This document shows, one piece after another, positions 1 to 9,371 of a DNA stretch of 54,988 nucleotides. Source of the DNA: a phage; the NCBI GenBank assembly GCA_021081985.1, contig GCA_021081985.1_3639.2. One strand, written 5' to 3'. Every line of letters begins with the position of its first letter. Position 1 is the stretch's first letter. The notes beneath the pieces were generated by a model, which was not told where the DNA came from, made no database searches, and saw only the letters and a list, made by a program, of their open reading frames with translations. Position numbers and translations under genes: made by a program.

Positions 1-1686
1 ATTTAACAACCCTGTATCCGTCTTATCCTCATCCATTGGGTCTAAAACAGATCGCCTGTTACGAAGTGATAGCCACTTAACAATCTGTTTTGCCATATGC
101 ACATCAATTTTCTCCAGATTTGGACACAGATGCCCAAAATTATCTTTTAGTTGAGGAGATGTCGGTAACTGGCGTGCCTTACGCCGAAATTTCTTAAATA
201 TCTCTGAATAACCCCTTTCAGATGCATGGCGATGGTCAAACTTACGCTCTGAAATGTTGAATTTCTCATCTGAATCATTAAGGTAGTCAAGAATAAGAGA
301 TTTATACTCAGACTCTGCCAACTCTTCTATGTACTTCTTAACTAGTACATCAATTTCAGAATCTTCACGAGTCTTTTTAAATTGATCCTTAGTAACATCT
401 TTTACACGCCACAGTGTAGGTTTCCAACCAGCATCTTTGATCAAATATTTTTTAATATCATCTTGATTAGAGATTTTCATTGGAACCATTAAATCTGGCA
501 TTTTTCTGTTTCGAAGGTCTTCTTTAGCCTTCTCTAGAAGATCTGGCGGTAAAGGTTCGAGTGTGTTCTCTTTGGCTCGCTGGGAACGAATGAAATCACC
601 GTATAAAGCCGGATCTTCAATGCCATTCTGGATGCAATATCTCTCCCCTGCTGCACTTACATCCCCATTACTCTTAAAAGCTGTTTTTGGTGGAGCTTTA
701 AAATCCAGAGCTTCTCTGTTAACAGGATAACCAAGTTTATATTCCAACCAATTCCACCCATGATGAGATATATTACCCGCTGTGTCAAAAGGGTTGGCTG
801 GGAATTTTGGTTGTTGGGATTTCGTCATCTCTTTCTTTGGAAGAAGTGGTTCTACCTCTTCTTCAATTTCCCGCATCATCTTATCTATGCGATCTCTTAA
901 TTTTTCTGCCTCCTCCCGATTAAAGTATACGCCTTGTATTTCTTGCTCTATCATCAAATAGTCTGTGAGCATTCTCCTACGTAATGCATTTTTCCAATTA
1001 ATCTGGTGCATCCCGTGAGGTTTATCAGTGTACATAAACTGCTTGTCATCAGGCCATCGCGTACCATTTGACTCATCAATAAGAGCTTTCCACACAAGTT
1101 CGTTAATGATAACGTCTTCCCACACACGGTTTACATATTCCCACAATGGCTGATTACGCCAATCATCAATCTGCACTTTCTTGTTTGCTACACGATAACC
1201 CCATGCCAATAAGCCGTGTGGCCCAACCCTGTCACGTTTTCCTGTTACAGGGTTCAATACAGAATCTGGGCAGCCATTAGGCAATGGGCGATCTGGGTAA
1301 AGAACACGACTCATTGAAAGAGTGTCGTAAAGATTTACCTGTTTATTACCTATCGTCCCCATACATTTTGGGTCTTTGAACATGTCATATTCAATCCCAG
1401 AAAGTTTTTTCCACAGACGTAAATCATAGCCGAACAGGTTATGTATTGCTATCCCTCTTGGCTCGGTCTGCAACCAAGAGTAAAAATCATCATAAGAAAG
1501 GATACGTAAATTAACACCTTCTTTGCTGCGTGCAAAATTAACTGCACTCTGGTATTCCTTGTGAGCAGGATCGAGAAACAATACCCAGTTATTTACAGCA
1601 TATTCTTTAAAAAGTGTGCAGTGATATTTAGTTGCCTCTTCTAATAATCCGTCAGCTTCGTTATCTCCGACAAAAAGCCCTTTCAT
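1..1686 (-). CDS. DNA polymerase, family A (T7 gp5-like), N-terminal exonuclease and part of polymerase domain; 3' end of gene lies beyond window start
   Basis: Continuous minus-strand frame from ATG at 1686 (AGGAGG RBS just upstream) to the window edge. N-terminus MKGLFVGDNEADGLLEEATKYHC and HGLLAWGYRV resemble T7 DNA polymerase exonuclease motifs (recalled, not searched). Confidence 0.75.
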   Translation of the reverse strand, partial: MKGLFVGDNEADGLLEEATKYHCTLFKEYAVNNWVLFLDPAHKEYQSAVNFARSKEGVNLRILSYDDFYSWLQTEPRGIAIHNLFGYDLRLWKKLSGIEYDMFKDPKCMGTIGNKQVNLYDTLSMSRVLYPDRPLPNGCPDSVLNPVTGKRDRVGPHGLLAWGYRVANKKVQIDDWRNQPLWEYVNRVWEDVIINELVWKALIDESNGTRWPDDKQFMYTDKPHGMHQINWKNALRRRMLTDYLMIEQEIQGVYFNREEAEKLRDRIDKMMREIEEEVEPLLPKKEMTKSQQPKFPANPFDTAGNISHHGWNWLEYKLGYPVNREALDFKAPPKTAFKSNGDVSAAGERYCIQNGIEDPALYGDFIRSQRAKENTLEPLPPDLLEKAKEDLRNRKMPDLMVPMKISNQDDIKKYLIKDAGWKPTLWRVKDVTKDQFKKTREDSEIDVLVKKYIEELAESEYKSLILDYLNDSDEKFNISERKFDHRHASERGYSEIFKKFRRKARQLPTSPQLKDNFGHLCPNLEKIDVHMAKQIVKWLSLRNRRSVLDPMDEDKTDTGLLN

Positions 1687-1880
1687 ACTCCTCCTATTCA
1701 AGATGGGCTTGACTGTATCGTCGCCCATCTCTTAGTTGGTTATAGATTATGTGGAAAACTACCTATTTTTGATTTATGTTTCTTTGCCAAAGGGCTTCTC
1801 TTGGCGGGAATGTACCCCTCAAGCCCCTTGGCAACACGAATAGCTAACTCATCATATTTTACACGTATCCTCTTTTTCTC

Positions 1881-3881
1881 TCAAAATGGTGTGTCGTTGT
1901 CCAAATCTTCAGGTTGCTCAATAACAACAGCAGGTTCTTGTTGAGGAACAGAAACAGCAATTTTACCCACAGGTGTTTCAAGCTCTAAACTTTGAACCAT
2001 TGATTTAGGTCTTAGCATTACCTCCCCGTTGAGTTTAAACATATTGTCTTCCCACACCCATCCTGACGCATCAGAAAACTGACCATTATCATCCATAATC
2101 AGGGTATCCGCTATGCCTAATTTTTTGTGTGGACGGTTTTTCAAAACAACACTACGAATACGCCCACGAGATCGGTCAGGGAGTTCTTCAGGCTCGACAC
2201 CTAAGACAACCCACGATAACTGTTCGAGTGCTGCACTTCCCCTTAAAGATTCTTTTCTCACCGGATACCAGAAAGGTAACAAATTACCTTCTTTATCTTT
2301 CGGAATTTGTATATCAACACGCTTCATATGACTGATACTGAGGATAAACACGTCATATTTTTTGCAGAAGGCAGCCAATTCCGTCATGATGTTATCTAAA
2401 TCTCTTCGCTCGTTATCGGATTTTAATCCTGATATCACCATCGATAAGTGATCTAAGATAATCCATCTACACCCATCAAGGAAAACCATCTGTTTCAATT
2501 TTTGTAGTAATTGGTCAGTTGGTATTGAACCAAAGTGATCGAAAATTTTAACCTTATCTTCGGCAATCCATCGTTGGTGTATAGCTAAGTGCTGCTCATC
2601 GGTAAGGAATTGTTCTGGGTCTGCAACAAATGCTTTCGGGTCAATCTTTAGCTCCTCAGCATATAAGCTGTTTACAGACTCCTCCTCATCCTCCTCTAGA
2701 CGAATAATTGCAATTTTCTCGTTCTCTTTCCAACCGTCTAATCGGGGAATATCCATGTTACGGAGGTACTCGATAATTGCATACTCAATCTTTCTTGAGA
2801 AAGTTGATTTCCCAGCTCCAGATGGGCCTGTCAGTGTCCACAATTCTCCTGTTCGTGGGCCTCTTGTTAGTTCATACAAACGAGGAAAGCACGGCAACGG
2901 AACGCCATCTTTTTTCTTTTTACGGAGATTCTCAATAGATATTCTCTCCAACCCAATCAATTTATCAGGAACATATTTGTCCTGCGCTTTAGCAAACATA
3001 TTCCAGATATCCATCCATTTACCTTTTTTGTAAATATCTCGGATATCTTTAACACCATTTGGGTCATTGCGTTCATTTGGGTATCGTGCAACATAGATGT
3101 TGTCAGACAGCAAAAAACTAGCAACATCATCTGTGGCTTCCTTACCTTTCTTAATTCTGTGTTCTTTTTCCCTTGCTGTGGCTTCATCATTGTCTAAACC
3201 AAGGACTATCTTTTCATATTCCCTGATAAACTTTTCGTTGTGGGCAAATGTATCCACAGCATTGGCTGTACCACAGTTCAACCCGATAAAAGGTAATGTC
3301 GGGCAATTAGAAACCTCTTCCCCATCCTGAATTGCTTTGATGCCTTTTAAAGCATTGTTTGCCCACTCACGTACTGAACGTGACGTATTAGGATTACTAT
3401 GAAGAAATTTAATATACTCAAACCCAGCTTGCCAGCCAGCCGTTACATCGCCTTCCCCCTCAACAATAAAGATCTGTTTTTTACCAGATCCCATAGCAGC
3501 TTCATGTTGCCCAAAAAATTGAGAGGAAGCCTTCACTGTGCCAACAACAGAGAAATGCCCCTTTTTCTCTTTCGGGACGGTCCAGTCTCGTTTCTTGTAT
3601 CCTGTCAATTTCCCATATTTATCATAATATGGAAGATATGTTGCCACTACTGTAGTACCGTCTTTCAAATCTGTTGCAGATCTGATCTTGAAGTACTTAG
3701 CTGCATCTAAGCTAATATCCATTTGGGGGACAGCCAAGATCCTTGTACTATCCAAGACAGACTCTACAGTTTCTTCTTCTTTTTTCTGATAATTCACTTT
3801 ACCACCACTTTTTGTAGGCCGGAATGCTTTTGGGTTCTCACCTTCAAAGTATGCACCAGCCCCCCATTTTGTCATCTTCAT
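1881..3881 (-). CDS. Primase-helicase (T7 gp4-like, DnaB-family helicase domain)
   Basis: 666-aa ORF. Walker A LTGPSGAGKST, IILDHLSMV and LRGSAALEQLS motifs parallel T7 gp4 helicase motifs. N-terminal half is consistent with a primase domain. Confidence 0.75.
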   Translation of the reverse strand: MKMTKWGAGAYFEGENPKAFRPTKSGGKVNYQKKEEETVESVLDSTRILAVPQMDISLDAAKYFKIRSATDLKDGTTVVATYLPYYDKYGKLTGYKKRDWTVPKEKKGHFSVVGTVKASSQFFGQHEAAMGSGKKQIFIVEGEGDVTAGWQAGFEYIKFLHSNPNTSRSVREWANNALKGIKAIQDGEEVSNCPTLPFIGLNCGTANAVDTFAHNEKFIREYEKIVLGLDNDEATAREKEHRIKKGKEATDDVASFLLSDNIYVARYPNERNDPNGVKDIRDIYKKGKWMDIWNMFAKAQDKYVPDKLIGLERISIENLRKKKKDGVPLPCFPRLYELTRGPRTGELWTLTGPSGAGKSTFSRKIEYAIIEYLRNMDIPRLDGWKENEKIAIIRLEEDEEESVNSLYAEELKIDPKAFVADPEQFLTDEQHLAIHQRWIAEDKVKIFDHFGSIPTDQLLQKLKQMVFLDGCRWIILDHLSMVISGLKSDNERRDLDNIMTELAAFCKKYDVFILSISHMKRVDIQIPKDKEGNLLPFWYPVRKESLRGSAALEQLSWVVLGVEPEELPDRSRGRIRSVVLKNRPHKKLGIADTLIMDDNGQFSDASGWVWEDNMFKLNGEVMLRPKSMVQSLELETPVGKIAVSVPQQEPAVVIEQPEDLDNDTPF

Positions 3882-3890
3882 CTCTTCTCC

Positions 3891-4082
3891 TTAGAAGGGT
3901 TTGGTAACTACAGCCATATACCAGCCATTACACACAGATATGCCACCTGAAATACAGTAGCCTTTTCTAAACCAAGTGTTTAGTTTTAATTCTAATTCTG
4001 AAATACTAGTTCCTGTGAGAATCTTGACATTTTTATCCACCAACCCTCCTAAAATCATTATATAGGAATACAGCTTTGGCAA
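3891..4082 (-). CDS. Hypothetical small protein
   Basis: 63-aa ORF in the same-strand gene chain; no recognisable motif. Confidence 0.3.
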   Translation of the reverse strand: MPKLYSYIMILGGLVDKNVKILTGTSISELELKLNTWFRKGYCISGGISVCNGWYMAVVTKPF

Positions 4083-4773
4083 ATCCTCTTGGGGTTAACG
4101 ATCTTATAACCTTTGTCTTTTTTGATTTACCACCCAATTTTAGGTGCTGCTCAGAATACCCGCTTACCACGGGAACAGGTAATTTCTCAGGCATCCTAAA
4201 ACCATTTCCTGTCCACAAACAAGTCTTTTTAGGGTAGGCATCTCTGGGTTTTATGTATTCTGGAAAAAATGGATGAACATCATTCTCTGTTAAATATCCA
4301 CCGTACTCATAAGGATGAAATGAATGATCTGGTTTACGCCACAGAGAAGATAGAACACTAACTGGATTTTCTATCATGTAAGGGCAGCCGTATTCATCTG
4401 CCAACCTTGCTGCCACTTTTGCTGTATTTACAGCCTTTATCTGGAATAAAGGGTCTTTTGCAGCTTTTCTTGCGAAATGCGCTGCACCACTAACAGCCAT
4501 ATCTGTGCATGGTGGGAATGCGAATATAATACTTGGCTTACAAATCCCTACCTCTGCTGGGTTAAATTGGTCATCTATCCAAACATTAATGTATTCTATA
4601 TTTTTGTGTTTTATTCTGATACTTTCATAACCGCCGTGATCAGCGCCATCATAATTAAGGCATATTACTTTGTACCCATTTTTTGCCCATTCGTAACCCA
4701 TGATACCTGATCCGTCAAACATGCACAAAACTGTATCACTCAACACACCTCCTATACCAGAAAACAGGCCCAT
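4033..4773 (-). CDS. DNA (cytosine-5)-methyltransferase-like protein
   Basis: N-terminal MGLFSGIGG (motif I FxGxGG), FPPCTDMAVSG (PC motif IV) and MIENPVS (ENV-like motif VI) in canonical order. Confidence 0.55.
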   Translation of the reverse strand: MGLFSGIGGVLSDTVLCMFDGSGIMGYEWAKNGYKVICLNYDGADHGGYESIRIKHKNIEYINVWIDDQFNPAEVGICKPSIIFAFPPCTDMAVSGAAHFARKAAKDPLFQIKAVNTAKVAARLADEYGCPYMIENPVSVLSSLWRKPDHSFHPYEYGGYLTENDVHPFFPEYIKPRDAYPKKTCLWTGNGFRMPEKLPVPVVSGYSEQHLKLGGKSKKTKVIRSLTPRGFAKAVFLYNDFRRVGG

Positions 4774-4801
4774 AGTGTGGGCCTTTTAAGTTACGCTAAA
4801 A

Positions 4802-5023
4802 TCAGTGCAACACTGCATGAACGGGGCTTCCATCAGCACCGTAAGGAATGTCTTGTACCTGGGCCACCCTTTTCACTAAAGTATACACCAGCCAACCTTC
4901 AGCTTCATGTTGTCCTGCAATATCATAACCATCATCAAGAAGTTCAGCCAGTTTGTTCTCTACTTCTTCTCTTTTTGTTTTGCTAATTTTGAACTCAATG
5001 AGTTTAACAGTGTTTTTAACCAT
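4802..5023 (-). CDS. Hypothetical protein
   Basis: 73-aa ORF tiling the minus-strand chain. Confidence 0.3.
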   Translation of the reverse strand: MVKNTVKLIEFKISKTKREEVENKLAELLDDGYDIAGQHEAEGWLVYTLVKRVAQVQDIPYGADGSPVHAVLH

Positions 5024-5027
5024 AATT

Positions 5028-5312
5028 CTAGAAACCTTCTTCTCTATTGTAACACCCGTTTATCTCTAGATCTCTCAGGTATTCTCTTAAATGATGGTAT
5101 AGCACATCATCTGGAATGTCAAGATAGATTTGCTTACCGTTTTTGAATACAGCGCAATATTCCAGTTCCTGAAAGCCGTTGTAATCCCAGTCGCTTTCTT
5201 TACTGAAGAAGTCAGGTTTTTGAACAGAAAATAGAGCTTCGACAACCACCAATCCGCAATCCTCATGGTCGTATTCGAACTCAATGTCTACCATAGGGGA
5301 TTTGCTATTCAT
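5028..5312 (-). CDS. Hypothetical protein
   Basis: 94-aa ORF; stop adjoins the next gene start. Confidence 0.35.
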   Translation of the reverse strand: MNSKSPMVDIEFEYDHEDCGLVVVEALFSVQKPDFFSKESDWDYNGFQELEYCAVFKNGKQIYLDIPDDVLYHHLREYLRDLEINGCYNREEGF

Positions 5313-5778
5313 ACTCCCCCAACTCTTGTTTTAACTCAATATTTTCTTTTAACAGGGCATTCACAAAAGCTAATATGTGAACAAGGGAACTCTGACAACC
5401 ATTAGCATATAGTTCAGCTTCTACACGCTTTTTCAATTCTGCGCCATAGCCGTCTAAGCTGTCGAGATGCTCTTTAATTTTATCATAAGCATCTCGTTTT
5501 CCTCTTAGCTCATTAATAATGTACAGAACATTATCTGGGCTTGCGGTGGCAATGTAACTGGCATCGTAGTCATTTTGCCAGTGAGATAAATTCCCTGTTC
5601 CCTCATGTCTCTTTGCCGGACCCATTTTAGGATCTGTGATGAAAACAGTTTCTATTTTATTATCATTTTGGAATGCTACCATTGCATGTCCATGGCTATC
5701 TATCCACCAGTGCCCTCTGGTGGCTTTCTTTGCCAGTTTCTCAATATCTCCGATTAAGATATCAGCTTTTGTCTGCAT
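5305..5778 (-). CDS. Hypothetical protein
   Basis: 157-aa ORF with protein-like composition; no confident motif. Confidence 0.4.
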   Translation of the reverse strand: MQTKADILIGDIEKLAKKATRGHWWIDSHGHAMVAFQNDNKIETVFITDPKMGPAKRHEGTGNLSHWQNDYDASYIATASPDNVLYIINELRGKRDAYDKIKEHLDSLDGYGAELKKRVEAELYANGCQSSLVHILAFVNALLKENIELKQELGEYE

Positions 5779-6088
5779 TGATATCCTCCTTCTTCAAGAC
5801 TAAACTTGCTCTTGAGATCTCAGAAGAAACATACTCTATGTGACTAATCACATATGTCGTCACTCCGCTTCCATCGCCAAAAATATTATCAAGATCTACG
5901 ATAACAAGATCACCATCTTCCGGTTTTTCTACATCATCGGATAAGATAATCACAGCTTCTGCAACCTCCCCAGATTGGTTGAGACGCAGTGTAATATCAT
6001 GACCATTACCCCTATACTCAGTAAAATCAAAAACTTTTTCTGCTTTTTGGTGTGGTGGGAAAAACCACTTAAAGAGCTTCTTCAACAT
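5762..6088 (-). CDS. Hypothetical protein
   Basis: 108-aa ORF, tightly packed with neighbours. Confidence 0.35.
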   Translation of the reverse strand: MLKKLFKWFFPPHQKAEKVFDFTEYRGNGHDITLRLNQSGEVAEAVIILSDDVEKPEDGDLVIVDLDNIFGDGSGVTTYVISHIEYVSSEISRASLVLKKEDINADKS

Positions 6089-6251
6089 TCATTCGCTCCT
6101 TAATTTCATTTAGGATGTCTTCGTATCGCTGCCACGACTCTTCGGCAGACAACTTTGCTTCAAGAAAGTTGTCTCGTGCAACATCTCGTAATTTCAACAA
6201 TTTTTCAGTTGAAACTTGACTCAAATCTGTAAAGTCTTCGACTTTAAACAT
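6069..6251 (-). CDS. Hypothetical small protein (start trimmed to internal Met MFKVEDF)
   Basis: The upstream part of the 132-aa ORF overlaps the 6244..6615 gene in another frame and looks non-coding; the C-terminal 60 aa look genuine. Confidence 0.3.
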   Translation of the reverse strand: MFKVEDFTDLSQVSTEKLLKLRDVARDNFLEAKLSAEESWQRYEDILNEIKERMNVEEAL

Positions 6252-6615
6252 CTTTATTTTCCTTGAAGTAATTAAACAGATCAGTGATTTTCTCTTCCAC
6301 ACCTTTATAGAAGAGATACTTTGTGTCTGCCATACGAGAATTATATGCGTCCTGACCTTTTTCCTGCAACCAGAAGAACGCTTGTGCAAACTCACCCTCT
6401 TTGAGGGTCGGGTCATATTCAAAACCAATTCTTTTACAGGCTTGCAAAGACTGATGGATAAGAACATCCAAGGAGTTTATTACATGTGCAGCATTCTCAA
6501 CATCGCACGCCATACGATGCTCACCTTTTGCAGAGAGTTCTTTAGAAATCTCCATAAGTCGACGGAAAGTTTCTTCTGCCACTGTTCTTGTACCTTTACT
6601 TGTAGATATTTTCAT
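6244..6615 (-). CDS. Hypothetical protein
   Basis: 123-aa ORF with balanced composition. Confidence 0.4.
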   Translation of the reverse strand: MKISTSKGTRTVAEETFRRLMEISKELSAKGEHRMACDVENAAHVINSLDVLIHQSLQACKRIGFEYDPTLKEGEFAQAFFWLQEKGQDAYNSRMADTKYLFYKGVEEKITDLFNYFKENKDV

Positions 6616-6617
6616 AA

Positions 6618-7043
6618 TCAGTCCTCGAATTTAATCCAACGCTTCTGGGATTTGATCTGACCTTTCTCACCTTTACCTTTCAAACGCTGGACAGCCACCT
6701 GTTGTACAATTTTACTCCGTAAAGCAAAGCTGATAGCGTCAGGAGCTAAAACACGAGCTTTACAAACACAATTATTATGAAGTGATACAGCATCTTCAAA
6801 AGACAGGTTTAAAGGGTGTTTTTCAGAACCCCAAACACGATAATATCCAAAACGCCCATCCTTAACATCTGGGTAGTTAGGCAGTAAACGAGGTGCATAT
6901 CCTAATGCAGCCATCATTTCATCAACCGATGCCATCTGGATATGTGTGGTGTCTTTACCATGATGAGATTCTTTATTATCCCACCAACCCTTTAATTCAG
7001 CTTTAAATTTCTTTAAAAGTTCACTTTTTGAATATGAGGTCAT
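6618..7043 (-). CDS. Hypothetical protein
   Basis: 141-aa ORF abutting the helicase gene. Confidence 0.4.
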   Translation of the reverse strand: MTSYSKSELLKKFKAELKGWWDNKESHHGKDTTHIQMASVDEMMAALGYAPRLLPNYPDVKDGRFGYYRVWGSEKHPLNLSFEDAVSLHNNCVCKARVLAPDAISFALRSKIVQQVAVQRLKGKGEKGQIKSQKRWIKFED

Positions 7044-7053
7044 CAGCTATCTC

Positions 7054-8358
7054 CTACTTACCAGGGAAAGTCTCTTCATAAAACTTAACAAGACGTTGAT
7101 CAACGATAATATCTTTATCCCTGATCCTACGTAATAACCTTAATCCTTTTGCACTTGTTGCTCTGCTAAAAGCCACGTATGCCATGCCTGGTGCAAAAGT
7201 CCCATTGCCAAAGTCAACATTAACTTCCGGTAATGTTAATCCTTGTGCTTTGTGTATTGTAACAGCCCACCCAAGACGAATCGGCAAAGCCCTGTACTCA
7301 CCAATGATAATCTTCTCAATTTCTTCAGTTATTGTACCATCTGGGTTTTTCACCTTTATGGGGTTATACTCAACATTTTCCCACACATAAGGTTCTACGT
7401 CAACAATATCCCCATTTTCAAGACGGACTCTAACACTGTATCTACGTAGTTCAACAATCTCTCCACGGGAACCATTCACATAACTTGGTTCCTCCAGTCC
7501 TTTAGGGTCATTGACAGTAATCATCACCTGCGCCCCCTCTTTCAGGTACAACTCTTCCGGCACAGGTGTCTGGTTAAATTGCCCTGTCTTTTTTGCCTTG
7601 TAAACTGTTGGGATTCCAGGTATTGCATCAAAACGTTTTTTGTTTATTTTGTCTGCTGCTGCGTTTGTTGAGGTTATTGTTATAGCATCCAATGGTTTTC
7701 CCATGTTGTAGCAATAAGTATTCATAAACTCAACAATCTCTGGAATACGCTCTCCCTTGCGAAGGCAATTAAGAAGTGTTGAAAAATGAACACTACTTTG
7801 CCTGTAGATTTTATCAAGAAATACAGGATATGGGTTCAATTCTTTCCATGTTTTAGAAAAGCAACAAAGTTCTGTGTCGTGGAACTGGTAGTATATCTCT
7901 TTTTCTTCACTTTTTAAAACAGGTGGATTCTGTAAGAAATCCCCGAACATACACACCTGCAAACCACCGAAAGGCTCTTTGGGTTTTTTACGTGCCAGAC
8001 GACATTTCATGTCCATTTCCCAGAGTTTGTCTGCCCTGAACATACTTATCTCTTCAATAATAAGAATCTTCAGTGCTTTACTTTTAAGCAACTTCTTAGC
8101 CTTTGCCTTTATTTCCTCTGCATCTTTTTTAGTGGACACGCCTAATGAAAGTCCGAAAGCTCTGTGTGCTGTCATACCATCCACATTAATGGCAGCAGCC
8201 CCTGTAGGGGCCACTGTCAAAACTGAGCCTGCGTATAAGGATTGGATAGTTTTTATAGTATGACTCTTTCCAGCACCTGCATAACCACTGATAAACACAT
8301 TCTCACCTGACATTATAGCGCCGAGAGCATCTTCAACGCCAACCCCGTATTGAGACAT
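7054..8358 (-). CDS. dda: Dda-like SF1B DNA helicase (RecD/Pif1 family)
   Basis: 434 aa; Walker A GYAGAGKSH near the N-terminus, Walker-B-like LIIEEISM, C-terminal GWAVTIHKAQGLT and AYVAFSRAT motifs typical of Dda/RecD helicases. Confidence 0.7.
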   Translation of the reverse strand: MSQYGVGVEDALGAIMSGENVFISGYAGAGKSHTIKTIQSLYAGSVLTVAPTGAAAINVDGMTAHRAFGLSLGVSTKKDAEEIKAKAKKLLKSKALKILIIEEISMFRADKLWEMDMKCRLARKKPKEPFGGLQVCMFGDFLQNPPVLKSEEKEIYYQFHDTELCCFSKTWKELNPYPVFLDKIYRQSSVHFSTLLNCLRKGERIPEIVEFMNTYCYNMGKPLDAITITSTNAAADKINKKRFDAIPGIPTVYKAKKTGQFNQTPVPEELYLKEGAQVMITVNDPKGLEEPSYVNGSRGEIVELRRYSVRVRLENGDIVDVEPYVWENVEYNPIKVKNPDGTITEEIEKIIIGEYRALPIRLGWAVTIHKAQGLTLPEVNVDFGNGTFAPGMAYVAFSRATSAKGLRLLRRIRDKDIIVDQRLVKFYEETFPGK

Positions 8359-9371
8359 CAGTCCTCCTTAGATTCTTGTAGATAAATCTCTTCAAGAATT
8401 TTACCCTGTACCCCAATGACAATAATATCTGGTGCACCTGCTGGTTTTGGTGTTCCTGTCAGAACTTCATAACGACAGCAACGGCATTTTTTCTGGTTAT
8501 AGTCATAAGGGACACTGACAATATCTGCCGGATCCACAGATACTTCTATAAGTACCCTTGAAGTCTTCTCAAAGGTAGCGGCATAGTCAATAGATGCAAC
8601 ATGCAAACCTTGGCTACATGTTCTATTGGGATTATCCTCAACCATATTACGTGGCATGGAAATAACTTGCCCTTTATAATTAGGAACTTTACCTGTATGG
8701 CAATCTCGTGGACCATCTACAGTTATCTTAATTTTCTTGTATGCCTTAATATTTCCGTTTTCAAGGATCTCAAGATCATTATGTTTTACAAAATCATAAA
8801 GCATTTTAACAGAAGCATACGACGGGTTGTGTAGCAACTTCTGCATGAATTTGACATATCGTTCGTCAAAGCAATCATTCTCAATATCTTTAATGATTCG
8901 TTTAGCAATACTGCTTTCCTGTTTTTGACCGTGCCAATACAAAACACTATCTATCAATACTAAATTATCACCAAAATCAATGGTCTTTTTCTTTTCTGCT
9001 TCTTTCTCTTCTAAAATACGTTGTACAGCAGCATCTATTCCTCCTGTCCAAAGGATAACACCAACTTCTTTGAAGATGGGGCTGCTACTATTTAGAGTAT
9101 ATTGTTCACCATTTAACAAAGTGATATGGATATTATCTTGGGTAACAAGGACAATTGGTTGTGCAAGAGTATGCACGGGCTTCATAATATCTACAGGATC
9201 TTCCTTAGCCTTTTTGGTTGTCGGCATTCCTTTTTTGGGTGCAACTGTCCAGCGTTTAAGAACATTTAGACCACGATCAACAACCACCATATTATTTTTC
9301 TTAGCGTATTCACGAGCTTCACGACGTGACATGAATAAAGGATTACTCACCTTTTTCTCCTTTGTTGTCAA
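8358..9371 (-). CDS. rIIB: rIIB-like protein
   Basis: 337-aa ORF immediately downstream of and overlapping the rIIA-like gene, the conserved rIIA-rIIB order. Assignment is by synteny and size, not a verified alignment. Confidence 0.45.
   Translation of the reverse strand: MTTKEKKVSNPLFMSRREAREYAKKNNMVVVDRGLNVLKRWTVAPKKGMPTTKKAKEDPVDIMKPVHTLAQPIVLVTQDNIHITLLNGEQYTLNSSSPIFKEVGVILWTGGIDAAVQRILEEKEAEKKKTIDFGDNLVLIDSVLYWHGQKQESSIAKRIIKDIENDCFDERYVKFMQKLLHNPSYASVKMLYDFVKHNDLEILENGNIKAYKKIKITVDGPRDCHTGKVPNYKGQVISMPRNMVEDNPNRTCSQGLHVASIDYAATFEKTSRVLIEVSVDPADIVSVPYDYNQKKCRCCRYEVLTGTPKPAGAPDIIVIGVQGKILEEIYLQESKED

Noticed and set aside
2113-3950. Several plus-strand ORFs (68-103 aa) inside the primase-helicase gene
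   Set aside because: Fully contained antisense to a strongly supported 666-aa gene; typical shadow ORFs.
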